Assembly: GCF_000253055.1 (NCBI RefSeq)
Contig: NC_016070.1
Coordinates: 840,001 to 872,000 of the forward strand
Direction of reading: 5' to 3'
From: Thermoproteus tenax Kra 1
Lineage (GTDB): Archaea; Thermoproteota; Thermoprotei; Thermoproteales; Thermoproteaceae
Length of the DNA stretch: 32,000 nt
Both the position numbers and the translations under genes were made by a program. Every line of letters begins with the position of its first letter. The stretch's first letter is position 1. Shown piece after piece: positions 1 through 8,421 of this stretch. Below the pieces are notes generated by a model. That model ran no database searches and was not told the DNA's origin. It saw only the letters and a list, made by a program, of their open reading frames with translations.

Positions 1-2
1 AT

Positions 3-2108
3 GCTAGTGCGACCGTCGAGATTCCTGTAAACTATACTTTTCTCGACACTCTTCTCAATAATGCAACGCTCTTCAACGACTACGTGATCAACACGTTCTT
101 CTCGACAGTAGTGGGCAAAATTGCTCAAAGTGTTGCAAAATACTTTGCAAATTCAGGTATAAACAACCCGCCGTATAGGGTTATAGGAGGTCCGTTCTCA
201 GCAGGCAACCTTCATGGTTTTAGTTATAACCAGTTCGGCGAAATTAGCGGATTTCTCTTTGACTATTCGTACTACTATATATCCAGCTCTTTTAATTATT
301 GGGGACTTCCATTTACAAATATATGGGCCTTTATCCCCTATGGCGCGCTAGTCCGCGGCGACATCATCACAGTGCAGTACCCCGTGGGGGGCATCGTCGA
401 CATGATGTCTGGAGCTGACAAGGCTGGGTCACTGGTGTCCATCGGAGCCTGCGGCTTCGAGGTGCCCACCGGCTACGCGAGCGGGCTGAACTATTCGGCG
501 TGGAACGGGACGAGTCTAGAGCTGGGCGGCAACAAGACCGGCGAGGAGCTAGTGCTGTACCCGATGGCCCAGTTTGCCCCCCAGTACGGCCCCAACTGGT
601 TCGGCGATCTTGCCCTCTATTCGTGGCTCTATCCTCAGGCCGATTCGCCCAAAGAATCGGCGTCAGGACAGTTTGTCTCAGTCTTAAACACGACGTGGAC
701 CGCTCAGTTCATAATCGGCAAGACGGGCGAAGCGCCGATAATAACGTCGCAGTCTGTAGGGAAAGTGGCCTCCTGGAACCAAGCTGATGCAATACCGCAC
801 ACCGAGTATGCCGACATACTCTACCACTACGCCCCAACGTGCGTCCCGCCGCAGGCGAACAACGGAGGCGGCGGAGGCAGCGGCATAGTGGTGGGCCCGC
901 CTCCTACACCGCCGCCCCCGCCCGGAGGCACGCCCACTAAAGACGGCATAATTCTATGGGAGTTGGTCCCCCTCGTGGCCTGCAAATCGCTCTTCTGCGA
1001 GCCGGCCAACGCCTGGTGGAATGGGCACTACACCGGCGTCTACGCCCTCCCGAACATAGCGTACGGCATCGCCGTAGAGTGGACGGGCAGCTCTCCGACA
1101 AACGTCACTATATACGTCGACTCGCCCTTGGCCAGGTTCATCAACGGCTCTTGGATCCACGGGAGCCCGCTGACGATGAAGGTGTTCGGGAGGGCGGTAG
1201 AGGCGTTCAATCTGACTCTGGGCACGTTCGAGCTCGACCCCGGCGTCTGGTACCTCGTGTTGCCCGGCCGCGCGGTCCCGCTCGGGAACGGGCCGGATCC
1301 GCCGCAGACCTCGGGCTGGTCGGCCGTGCCGCCCGCGTGGTTCATTTCGCCGCGCTGGAGCTCCAACGGGACGCGGGATGTGCACTTCCTGTGGTTCAAA
1401 GTGGGGGGCGCTCTGTATGGGGACACCTACACGGTCGTTGTGCCGGACGTGCTCTACAGAGTCGACAACAACTTCACAAAGATCGCAACGCCCGAGAGCG
1501 AGGTCAGACTGCTCCTCTATCTGCCTACCGGGGGATGGGCCACCTATCCGCCCAACTACGTCGGCTATACGCCCAACGACACGCGGCTCGGCCTATTGCC
1601 CTTCAGGTCCTACACCGGCGGGTACGAGTACTGGACCGGCTTTGAATACGACGACACGACCGCCTTCGCGGGCTCGTTGGCTGCGGCGGGGAGGCTGTTC
1701 AATCTGACCCTCGGGGGCCAACCGGTGCTCAACGCCACAGTGGAGCAGATAGACGTGAGGGCCGCCGTCGAGGTGGGGCCCTCGGGCGTCTCAGTGGAGT
1801 CGAGCGACCCAGCCGACACCATCGGATACTACATCTACCTCCGCCGCAACGGGACGTGGGTTATGCGGGCCTTCTGCCCCGGCTCACAGATCCAGCTTCC
1901 GCCGAACCTCACCATATGGCCGTGGGACCCCGCGCTGGTGGTGCCGGCAGTATATCACGTCGGGAGGATCCGCGAGAACGGCACCATACTCTATCCAGTG
2001 GGCCTCGGCTCCGTGGTCTTCAACTGGTGGTCGCTCCCGCCGTACGCGGGAGGGCAGAGCTCGGTAGACCAGTTTATAAAGGCCGGAGTCTGCGAGCCGG
2101 TGAAGTAG
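3..2108 (+). CDS. Large secreted/cell-surface glycoprotein; N-terminus lies upstream of the window
   Basis: The frame is open from nt 3, so the GTG at 84 in the ORF track is only the first in-window start. The stop is TAG at 2106-2108. There are at least 14 N-x-S/T sequons. A Gly5 plus Pro-rich linker (NNGGGGGSGIVVGPPPTPPPPPGGTP, about 858-935) separates two domains. No enzyme motif was recognised. Confidence 0.6.
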   Translation, partial: ASATVEIPVNYTFLDTLLNNATLFNDYVINTFFSTVVGKIAQSVAKYFANSGINNPPYRVIGGPFSAGNLHGFSYNQFGEISGFLFDYSYYYISSSFNYWGLPFTNIWAFIPYGALVRGDIITVQYPVGGIVDMMSGADKAGSLVSIGACGFEVPTGYASGLNYSAWNGTSLELGGNKTGEELVLYPMAQFAPQYGPNWFGDLALYSWLYPQADSPKESASGQFVSVLNTTWTAQFIIGKTGEAPIITSQSVGKVASWNQADAIPHTEYADILYHYAPTCVPPQANNGGGGGSGIVVGPPPTPPPPPGGTPTKDGIILWELVPLVACKSLFCEPANAWWNGHYTGVYALPNIAYGIAVEWTGSSPTNVTIYVDSPLARFINGSWIHGSPLTMKVFGRAVEAFNLTLGTFELDPGVWYLVLPGRAVPLGNGPDPPQTSGWSAVPPAWFISPRWSSNGTRDVHFLWFKVGGALYGDTYTVVVPDVLYRVDNNFTKIATPESEVRLLLYLPTGGWATYPPNYVGYTPNDTRLGLLPFRSYTGGYEYWTGFEYDDTTAFAGSLAAAGRLFNLTLGGQPVLNATVEQIDVRAAVEVGPSGVSVESSDPADTIGYYIYLRRNGTWVMRAFCPGSQIQLPPNLTIWPWDPALVVPAVYHVGRIRENGTILYPVGLGSVVFNWWSLPPYAGGQSSVDQFIKAGVCEPVK

Positions 2109-2128
2109 CCGATCTGTTGAACGTCCAA

Positions 2129-2173
2129 TTTACAACCGAAAATCCCGCCATTTAGGGCGGGGAGCGCGGTCAT
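2129..2173 (+). repeat. Solo copy (a) of the dispersed palindromic repeat: TTACAACCGAAAAT-CCCGCC-ATTTA-GGGCGGGG-AGCGCGGTCAT
   Basis: Positions 2144-2173 match the reverse complement of 13312-13341 at 29 of 30 positions. It lies about 20 nt after the glycoprotein stop and is followed by a T6 run at 2180-2185. Confidence 0.85.
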
Positions 2174-2267
2174 TTCCCGTTTTTTAATGAGAACGTTATC
2201 GCCGACGGTGATAGCGGCCTAGGTGTTTAGCGGCCATTGTACTATCTGAGCTTCGGAGAAAACTGCC

Positions 2268-2900
2268 CTATCCTCCGAAGGCCCTATCGCCGGCATCGCC
2301 GAGACCGGGCACTATGAATCCATCACTGTTCAACACCTCATCTATAGCCACTGTGAACACTTCAGCTGTAGGATAACTGGACAACACGCGCTCTATGCCC
2401 ACAGGCGTCGAAATAACCGAGACTGTTATAAGTCTTTTCGGAACGCCGCTTTTGAGCACCTCGCCGATAGCGGCAGCCATTGTCGTACCCGTGGCCAACA
2501 TGGGGTCTGCCAGTATAACCACTTGTCCATCCACCCTCGGTATCCGCGAATAGAACACGTCAACGCCTATCTTTCCACCCTCCTCCCTCCTCCTCGCCGC
2601 CACCACTCCTATCTTGGCCTCCGGGAAGGCCTTAAGTAGTCCCTCGACTAATGGCATGGCGGCCCTCAGCACCTCGACTATGACTACTTTGTCTAAGTCC
2701 TCTAGAACCAACCCCTCGGCCTCTCCAAGAGGCGTCCTCACTTTGACGACTCTCTTGGGAAACGTCCTTGCGATCTCGTAGCCCACTATTCTCCCCAGCC
2801 TCACCAAGCCCTTCCTGAACTCTAGGCTGGCCGTATTCGCGTCCCTCAACCTCGTGAGGATATGTTGAGCGTAGGGGTGATCGATTATGTGTACCGGCAT
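2268..2900 (-). CDS. upp: Uracil phosphoribosyltransferase
   Basis: The 210-aa protein aligns end to end with the UPRT family as I remember it ([20 protein letters not shown]..., PRPP loop [15 protein letters not shown]-terminal [11 protein letters not shown]). Confidence 0.93.
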   Translation of the reverse strand: MPVHIIDHPYAQHILTRLRDANTASLEFRKGLVRLGRIVGYEIARTFPKRVVKVRTPLGEAEGLVLEDLDKVVIVEVLRAAMPLVEGLLKAFPEAKIGVVAARRREEGGKIGVDVFYSRIPRVDGQVVILADPMLATGTTMAAAIGEVLKSGVPKRLITVSVISTPVGIERVLSSYPTAEVFTVAIDEVLNSDGFIVPGLGDAGDRAFGG

Positions 2901-2954
2901 GCGACAATATCAGTGGCTATTTTTATAGTGTCTGTATTTCTCTTGACAGGGAGA

Positions 2955-3170
2955 CGGCAAGCTTCGCCCTTTAGGGCGGGGCCGGATTTAGGCTAGCGTC
3001 TATGGCAGAGCAATAAAGAGAGGGGTCTAATAACGCGCTCCATGCTCCAGCTGCAGCACGCTAACCCCAGAGAGTGGCAACGGGCGAGATCCCCATTGTG
3101 GAGGTTCCACATGAGCGTGGAGGGGATCGTAATGTTTTTATCAACATTGCGATGAACGCCTATGAGTCCG
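2955..3170 (+). repeat. Decayed copy (b) of the GC-rich promoter-bearing repeat unit (candidate ncRNA, + strand)
   Basis: It has the palindrome CGCCC-TTTA-GGGCG at 2965-2978, the box GGATTTAGGC at 2984-2993, and the conserved ATGGCAGAG at 3002-3010, which is followed by TAA after 3 sense codons. Positions 3042-3103 are homologous to the reverse complement of 21465-21522. The unit ends in the hairpin AATGTT-TTTATC-AACATT, which includes a T5 run (about 3131-3148). Confidence 0.5.
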
Positions 3171-3258
3171 ACCGAGCTCTTCAGAAGCCACGACGACTAC
3201 ACCGATAATAGGGAGTGTGCGCAGAGCGGCCGACCGATGTGCGGCCGTGATTAGGAGC

Positions 3259-3834
3259 ATGGAGTGGGGCGCACGTCTGTATTATCTGGGCGAGGGCGCT
3301 GCGTTCCTCCTCGCCATATTGTCCGTCGCAGTGGCCTATCTCTGGAACTATTGGGATCCTATATACGGAGTTCTATTGCCAACTATCGCCGTGGCCATAG
3401 CCATAGTCCCCCATGAGTTGGCCCATAGACAAGCAGCCCGCTCAATGGGCTGTCTATCTCGTTTCGTCCTCTGGCCCACGGGCTTTCTTACTACGTTGAT
3501 CTTGAACGGGATCGTGGGATTTATCGCGGGGGGACCCATACTTTTCATCTCAGGCTATACAGCGATATCGTGCTATAGGTACGGAACATCGCAAGAGGGC
3601 TTGATCTCCCTAGCGGGGCCGGCCACAAATATAGCCATATCAGCGCTATCGCTAATTTTGCTCCATGCAGTCACGGGTTGGTCCGTTTTTCTTCAGTATC
3701 TCTCCAGACTCAATGCGTTCGTAGCGTTCTTCAATCTGCTCCCCCTCGGAGTGTTGGACGGGGCAAAGATATTCAAGTGGAACATAGCCGTGTGGGCCGG
3801 CATGTTGGCGCTCTCAGTGCTTTTGTGGATATAG
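3259..3834 (+). CDS. Membrane-embedded zinc metalloprotease, M50 / site-2 protease family
   Basis: HELAH (HExxH) sits in a hydrophobic segment, together with NLLPLGVLDG (the NxxPxxxLDG motif of M50) and multiple TM segments. ATG 3259 is preceded by AGGAG. The longer GTG 3217 start sits only about 5 nt after the TATA-like GATAATAG (3204-3211), so I prefer 3259. Confidence 0.8.
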   Translation: MEWGARLYYLGEGAAFLLAILSVAVAYLWNYWDPIYGVLLPTIAVAIAIVPHELAHRQAARSMGCLSRFVLWPTGFLTTLILNGIVGFIAGGPILFISGYTAISCYRYGTSQEGLISLAGPATNIAISALSLILLHAVTGWSVFLQYLSRLNAFVAFFNLLPLGVLDGAKIFKWNIAVWAGMLALSVLLWI

Positions 3835-3876
3835 GTCGGAAGCAGAGCGGCGAGGGCCTCACTGGCGTGTTGAGGA

Positions 3877-6345
3877 TCATTTTTCCAGGCGGGAGAGTCT
3901 GTCGAGCAACTTCCTATACTCATCCTTCAACCTCTCTACCTCCTCTCTGAGCCTCTGGTATTCCGCGCCCCTCTCTTGGGCCCTCCTTATCTTCTCGATG
4001 ACTTCGCGCGCCATCCTTCTGATTCTGCCGTCGACGTCCTTCTCTGCAGTCTCCTGTAGCTGAGGCAGTAGGCGCGGATCAAGTAGCTCCAGAGCGGCAG
4101 TCACGGCGGCCGCCCTAATGCGGTAGCTCTCATCCCTCAAGCTCCTAGTCACAACTTCGATGACCTCGCGGCGCGGACCGAACTTGGCCAAGGCCTGTAC
4201 CGCAGTCATCCTTATCCATGTGGGCTGATCCTCAGAGGCGTATCTGAGTACTATGGCGAGCGCCTCCTCAGTGCCCAACTCGGCGAGTCCCTCTATTGCT
4301 CCGCGCGTTATAATGTCCATGTGGCCTCCGTAGCTTAACGCTCTCTTCAAGCTATGCTCAGCGAAAGCCCACTTTATCTTCCCAAGGGACTTAGCGGCCT
4401 CGTACCTTACGTAATAGCTCTCGGAGCTATCGTGGAGTATGCGGTCTAGGAACTCCGCAGCCTCAACTCTTCTTGCCGTCCCCAACGCCTCAACGATGGC
4501 CCGGCGCGCGCGAGGGCTTTTGACATCTTTATATGCTTCAATTAGGGCCTCGACGGCCTCCCTCGTGCCAATATGCCCTAGAGCCCTGGCGGCCTCAGCG
4601 ACGACCCCCCAGAAATTGTCGCGGAGCGCCCCCCTTAGATATTCTACGGCCTTCCTGCTGCCGTTCTTTCTGAGGCCCTCGACAGCTTGAATTCTGCAGT
4701 AGAGGTTCTCGTCTCTGAGCATTGTTCCAAGGACCTCTACGGGATAATTTACATCGACCACTTTCAACAGCTTGAACTCCGGATCGATGCAAACATATTT
4801 GATCCCCGGCTCAAGGTGTATCTCGACCCTCTTTTCGTTGAAGTTTATAGTTCGCCTCTCCCTCCTTGTCTCATACACTAAGTCGATTTCTAAAGGCAAA
4901 GTGTATAGGGGATAGCTGTCGTCGCCTTGAGCCTGCTCCAACACTAGACGCAATCCGTTGTTTTTGTTCCAAACGGCCTTTATGACTGGGTGGCCCGCCG
5001 AGTAGAAAAACTGGCGCCAGAGCCACTCTAGGTCGGCGCCGCTGGCCTCCTCCAAGCTCTTCCTCAGATCCTCTATATCTGCGTTTTTGTATTGATATTT
5101 AGTCAAGAAGAGCTTTAGGCCCGCTCTGAAGGCTCCATCGCCCAAAATGCTTCTGACCATATGTAGCACTACGGAGCCCTTTTCGTACGAGTGTCTATCG
5201 AACATCTCCTCAGGTAAGGCGTATAGGTTTACGACTATGGGACGCGCATAGCGGGACGAATATTCGTTTAGATACGTCTTGAGATTAGAATATATCTCAT
5301 ATAGATATTCCTCCCTGCCCTTAGAGCGCTCAGTCCACAGTGCCTCTATGAACGTAGCGAACGATTCGTTGATGGCTATATGGCTCCAGTCCTTTGCGGT
5401 GACCAAGTCTCCGAACCACTGGTGGGCCATCTCGTGCGCTACGAGGGGGTCCGATGTGAAGTCCTCGTTCGCACACGGAAACTCATCGTAGGGACAGTGG
5501 GCGTGTTTGTCATGGAGCGTCCAGTCGGTCAATATCGTGGCTGTGGCGTTCTCCATTCCGCCATAGATGAACTCTTGTACCACTATCTGGGCGTATCTCT
5601 CGTAGGGGTACGGAACTCCGAGGTATTCCGAGAAGAACTTCATTATGTCGCAAGTATGGTAAAAGGTGTGACGGGCTAGGCCAGCGCGCCCCCTGGGCAG
5701 ATAGTACTCCAACTCTACATCGCCACACCTCTCTCTTAAGATCTCAAAGTCTCCGGCAGCGAACGCTATGAGGTACGGAGACATGGGATGCCTCATTTCC
5801 CACACGTATGTCACCGCATCGCCGAGATCCCTCCTCTCTTGCAACACGCCGTTGCTGACGGCTACATACGGCTTTCTGACCGTAATGGCTAGACTAAAGG
5901 GGAATTTGATGTTTGGCGAATCAGGCAGAGGCAGCCAATATCTATTGTCCTCGGCCTCGCCTTGGGTCCAGACCATGGGCACTCTATAGGGATGGCCTCT
6001 GTCGGGCTTGACAAAGTAGAGCCCCTTCCTGGGCTTCGCCATATAAGCCACCTCGACCTCGCCCTCCTCGCCTGCGCGCAGCTTCAGTTCCAGCGACAGA
6101 GTCTCTCCATCGTAGCTGTACTGCGTAGACGCGCGCAGGACTTCTAGCTCCACCGCATCGAGCGCGATGGTTGCGAGATCTCTTTTAGCCCTAATCTTGT
6201 ACCTAACCGATCCTTTGATCGCAGCGTTATCGAAATCGACCTCCACGTTGGCCCAGAGCTTAAGGACGTCGAAGTCGTATTTGCGCGGGAATCTGGGGAG
6301 ATATTCCGGGAAGGCGAAATCCCTGCCCAGGAGATATTTGCTCAT
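3877..6345 (-). CDS. M1-family aminopeptidase (aminopeptidase N / tricorn-interacting-factor-like) with C-terminal HEAT repeats
   Basis: It carries the GGMEN exopeptidase motif, the HEMAHQWFGD zinc site plus the downstream NESFATF glutamate, and a C-terminal third made of repeated HEAT-like helices (…AVEALG…, …AAKSLG…, …AIEGLA…). Confidence 0.93.
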   Translation of the reverse strand: MSKYLLGRDFAFPEYLPRFPRKYDFDVLKLWANVEVDFDNAAIKGSVRYKIRAKRDLATIALDAVELEVLRASTQYSYDGETLSLELKLRAGEEGEVEVAYMAKPRKGLYFVKPDRGHPYRVPMVWTQGEAEDNRYWLPLPDSPNIKFPFSLAITVRKPYVAVSNGVLQERRDLGDAVTYVWEMRHPMSPYLIAFAAGDFEILRERCGDVELEYYLPRGRAGLARHTFYHTCDIMKFFSEYLGVPYPYERYAQIVVQEFIYGGMENATATILTDWTLHDKHAHCPYDEFPCANEDFTSDPLVAHEMAHQWFGDLVTAKDWSHIAINESFATFIEALWTERSKGREEYLYEIYSNLKTYLNEYSSRYARPIVVNLYALPEEMFDRHSYEKGSVVLHMVRSILGDGAFRAGLKLFLTKYQYKNADIEDLRKSLEEASGADLEWLWRQFFYSAGHPVIKAVWNKNNGLRLVLEQAQGDDSYPLYTLPLEIDLVYETRRERRTINFNEKRVEIHLEPGIKYVCIDPEFKLLKVVDVNYPVEVLGTMLRDENLYCRIQAVEGLRKNGSRKAVEYLRGALRDNFWGVVAEAARALGHIGTREAVEALIEAYKDVKSPRARRAIVEALGTARRVEAAEFLDRILHDSSESYYVRYEAAKSLGKIKWAFAEHSLKRALSYGGHMDIITRGAIEGLAELGTEEALAIVLRYASEDQPTWIRMTAVQALAKFGPRREVIEVVTRSLRDESYRIRAAAVTAALELLDPRLLPQLQETAEKDVDGRIRRMAREVIEKIRRAQERGAEYQRLREEVERLKDEYRKLLDRLSRLEK

Positions 6346-6392
6346 AGGAGAGAATCAGCAAATCAATATTAGCGTTGCGCATAGGTATGACT

Positions 6393-6428
6393 CCTGCCCT
6401 AAAGGGCGAGGCTTTCAGGTGTAATAAC
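6393..6428 (-). repeat. Solo copy (c) of the palindromic repeat in the divergent aminopeptidase/PhoH intergenic region
   Basis: The + strand reads CCTGCCC-TAAA-GGGCGAGG-CTTTCAGGTGTAA. The tail TTCAG(G/T)TGTAA is shared with copies at 13843-13856 and (reverse complement) 2129-2140. It is about 55 nt upstream of the aminopeptidase ATG and directly upstream of the PhoH TATA box AACTTTTAAAC. Confidence 0.75.
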
Positions 6429-6456
6429 TTTTAAACTGACGCACACCTTCCGGGGC

Positions 6457-7572
6457 GTGCTGGACAAGATAAAGCCGCAGACTATAGGCCAGGAGAGGGC
6501 CTTGAACGCCCTATCTGACTCCGAAAACGAGGTGGTGGGACTCTTCGGGCCGACAGGTACGGGCAAATCTCTTCTGAGCATAGCCTACGGCATAGACTCA
6601 ACGCAGAAGGGCAAGTACAAACGCTTCATCATAGCTAGGCCCGTTGTCGATGTCTCTAGTGGGCGCTCTCTCACGCCTGAGAACTTAGGCGAGATGTACT
6701 ACAAATTGGCCGCCGCCTACTTGAGCGATATCTTGGGTGAATTCTTGGAGAGGTCCGAGATAGAGAAGATGTTGAGGGAGGAGACTATAGTGGTCACCGA
6801 CGTTAACTATCTAAGGGGGAGGACATTCGACGACTCTATAATCTTTCTTGACGACGCCCAGAACGTACAGCCTGACAGTGCGGCCGAGATACTCTTGAGA
6901 ATAGGGCGCAACAGCAAGTTGGTGATAGCGGGCGATCCAGTCTTTCAGAGGGCTGAGGGGGAAACCGACGGAGCCACGCTGTTGAGGGAGGCGTTGTTGG
7001 GCGAGGAGAAGGCCGCCGTCGTGGACCTCGGAGTCAAGGACATAGTCAGACCAGGCGCCCGCAGAGGGATAAAGCTGGCGTTAGAGCTGAGGATGAGGAA
7101 AAGGAAACTCTCCGACGTTGAGAGATACATTCTAGACTCCTTCAGAGTATATGCGCCCGATGCAGATATAGTTACCGTCGTTGAATTCAAGTCGGATAAA
7201 GATTCCTTGGGCATCAAGGGAGATCTCCCAGACGCCCTTGTATTTGTCAAGGAGGGCCATCTTGGGCGGGCCGTGGGGCGGGGCGGGGAGAGGATAAAGA
7301 ACGTGGAGAACGATACTGGCTTGAGGTTGAGACTCGTGGAGATGACGCTAGACTTCAAAAACTGGGTGAGGTCTTTGCATCCCGCTGGCTGGATCTCAAA
7401 ACATATAGTCGACGCGGACTTTGCAGGTCCCGAGCTATTAGTCACTGTCAGGAAGAGCGAGTTCGGCTCATTCGTGGGCCACAGGGGCGCCTATGTGAGA
7501 CTCATGGATCGAGTCTTCCGCAGACTTCTTTCGATCGGCGTCAGAGCAGTTGAGGCCGAGGAGGAGAGGTGA
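6457..7572 (+). CDS. PhoH-like ATPase fused to KH RNA-binding domain(s)
   Basis: It has Walker A GPTGTGKS and a Walker B-like IIFLDDAQN. C-terminal KH-type GxxG is present (LGRAVGRGGERIKNVE), with a second KH-like segment (FGSFVGHRGAYVRLM). The GTG start is about 22 nt after the TATA-like box. Confidence 0.85.
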   Translation: MLDKIKPQTIGQERALNALSDSENEVVGLFGPTGTGKSLLSIAYGIDSTQKGKYKRFIIARPVVDVSSGRSLTPENLGEMYYKLAAAYLSDILGEFLERSEIEKMLREETIVVTDVNYLRGRTFDDSIIFLDDAQNVQPDSAAEILLRIGRNSKLVIAGDPVFQRAEGETDGATLLREALLGEEKAAVVDLGVKDIVRPGARRGIKLALELRMRKRKLSDVERYILDSFRVYAPDADIVTVVEFKSDKDSLGIKGDLPDALVFVKEGHLGRAVGRGGERIKNVENDTGLRLRLVEMTLDFKNWVRSLHPAGWISKHIVDADFAGPELLVTVRKSEFGSFVGHRGAYVRLMDRVFRRLLSIGVRAVEAEEER

Positions 7573-7847
7573 AAACAAGACTGCATCTATTCATAAAAGG
7601 AGAACTGGATCTGCCAGGCGTTCCTTTTCGTCAGATTATGAGGGAGGTGGCTAGAAGAAATAGGGTTACAGGTTGGGTCAGATTTCTCGACGGAGAGACC
7701 GCCGAGGCCGTCCTTGAGGGCGAGGAGAGGGACGTAGATGCAGTTCTGAGGTGGGCCTATGCCGGTCCCCAAGGCACAAAGGTGAGGGAGGTCAAAATAA
7801 TCAGAGAGACTTACACAGGCGAGTTCTCCGACTTCACTATAAAATAA
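7569..7847 (+). CDS. Acylphosphatase-like protein with a degenerate active-site signature
   Basis: The fold-level signature GWVR...DG..EAVLEGEE..V...L.W...GP....V..V...E.YTGEFSDFTI matches acylphosphatases. The phosphate loop reads IKGELDLPGVPFR (2-residue insertion) and the GWVRN Asn is Phe (GWVRF). A GTGA overlap joins it to the PhoH stop. Confidence 0.7.
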   Translation: MKTRLHLFIKGELDLPGVPFRQIMREVARRNRVTGWVRFLDGETAEAVLEGEERDVDAVLRWAYAGPQGTKVREVKIIRETYTGEFSDFTIK

Positions 7848-8421
7848 AGGAGAGTGCTGTGTATATTGCAAAACCTACCGCCAGATGTGCAAGGTACGGG
7901 AGCCCGTATTTGGCAACTACGTATTCCTCGTCCACGTCAGCCGGCGGCCTATACTTCTCCAGATCGTGGACGTCGCCGACTATGTACTTCACGCCGCCTC
8001 TGAGAAGCTCGTCGCGTGATACACAGACGTGGGTCAACCTCTGTAAAGGCGTCATTCTGCAGGGCCTGCGGGAGTTGAGGTAATAGAGCCAGAGCATAGT
8101 GCCTACAATAGAGAAGGCGGTTCCCATGACGACCACGGCCGGAGTGGGAAAGTAGGGTGCAGGAGGCGGGAATAGCGATATAGCCAGCAAGGCCAGAGAG
8201 TCGGCGTAGCCAGCGCCCATCGCCCTCATGGCTAGGGCCAACATTGCGCCGAGTACAGGCGACATCAGATAGAGCGGGGCAGTCCACGAGAGATATGCAG
8301 CAAGTGCGGCGGGCAGATACATCGCCAAGATGATCCATACGTCGATCTCCCTGGTCTTGAGGTCTTGGCGTGCGGCAATTGAGAGGAGGACGAGCTCGGC
8401 CAGGATAAGAGCCTTGATCAC
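7837..8421 (-). CDS. Polytopic membrane protein, probably an A24-family (prepilin/preflagellin peptidase-like) aspartic protease
   Basis: The N-terminal TM is followed by ARQDLKTREID (first Asp context). MGAGYADSLAL is an atypical version of the GxGD motif. A soluble insertion is present, and the final TM has LPYLAHLAVGF. The match is by motif pattern only. Confidence 0.45.
   Translation of the reverse strand: MIKALILAELVLLSIAARQDLKTREIDVWIILAMYLPAALAAYLSWTAPLYLMSPVLGAMLALAMRAMGAGYADSLALLAISLFPPPAPYFPTPAVVVMGTAFSIVGTMLWLYYLNSRRPCRMTPLQRLTHVCVSRDELLRGGVKYIVGDVHDLEKYRPPADVDEEYVVAKYGLPYLAHLAVGFAIYTALSFIL

Noticed and set aside
500-1822. Many listed ORFs of 60-229 aa overlap the glycoprotein gene in other frames or on the other strand (for example 954..1385-, 956..1645+, 1040..1426-).
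   Set aside because: They are Arg/Pro/Ala/Gly-rich products typical of off-frame reading of G+C-rich coding DNA. They have no motifs and no promoter context, and they are fully nested in a long ORF with sensible composition. The same reasoning applies to antisense ORFs inside the M1 peptidase, gltX (19167..19733-), asnS, sua5 and prs.
2186-2250. A possible C/D box sRNA (AATGAGA ... CCGA ... GTGATAG ... CTGA) lies downstream of repeat copy (a).
   Set aside because: The C and C' boxes deviate from RUGAUGA at key positions. The guide spacings (about 9 nt and about 30 nt) do not fit the roughly 12-nt archaeal pattern.
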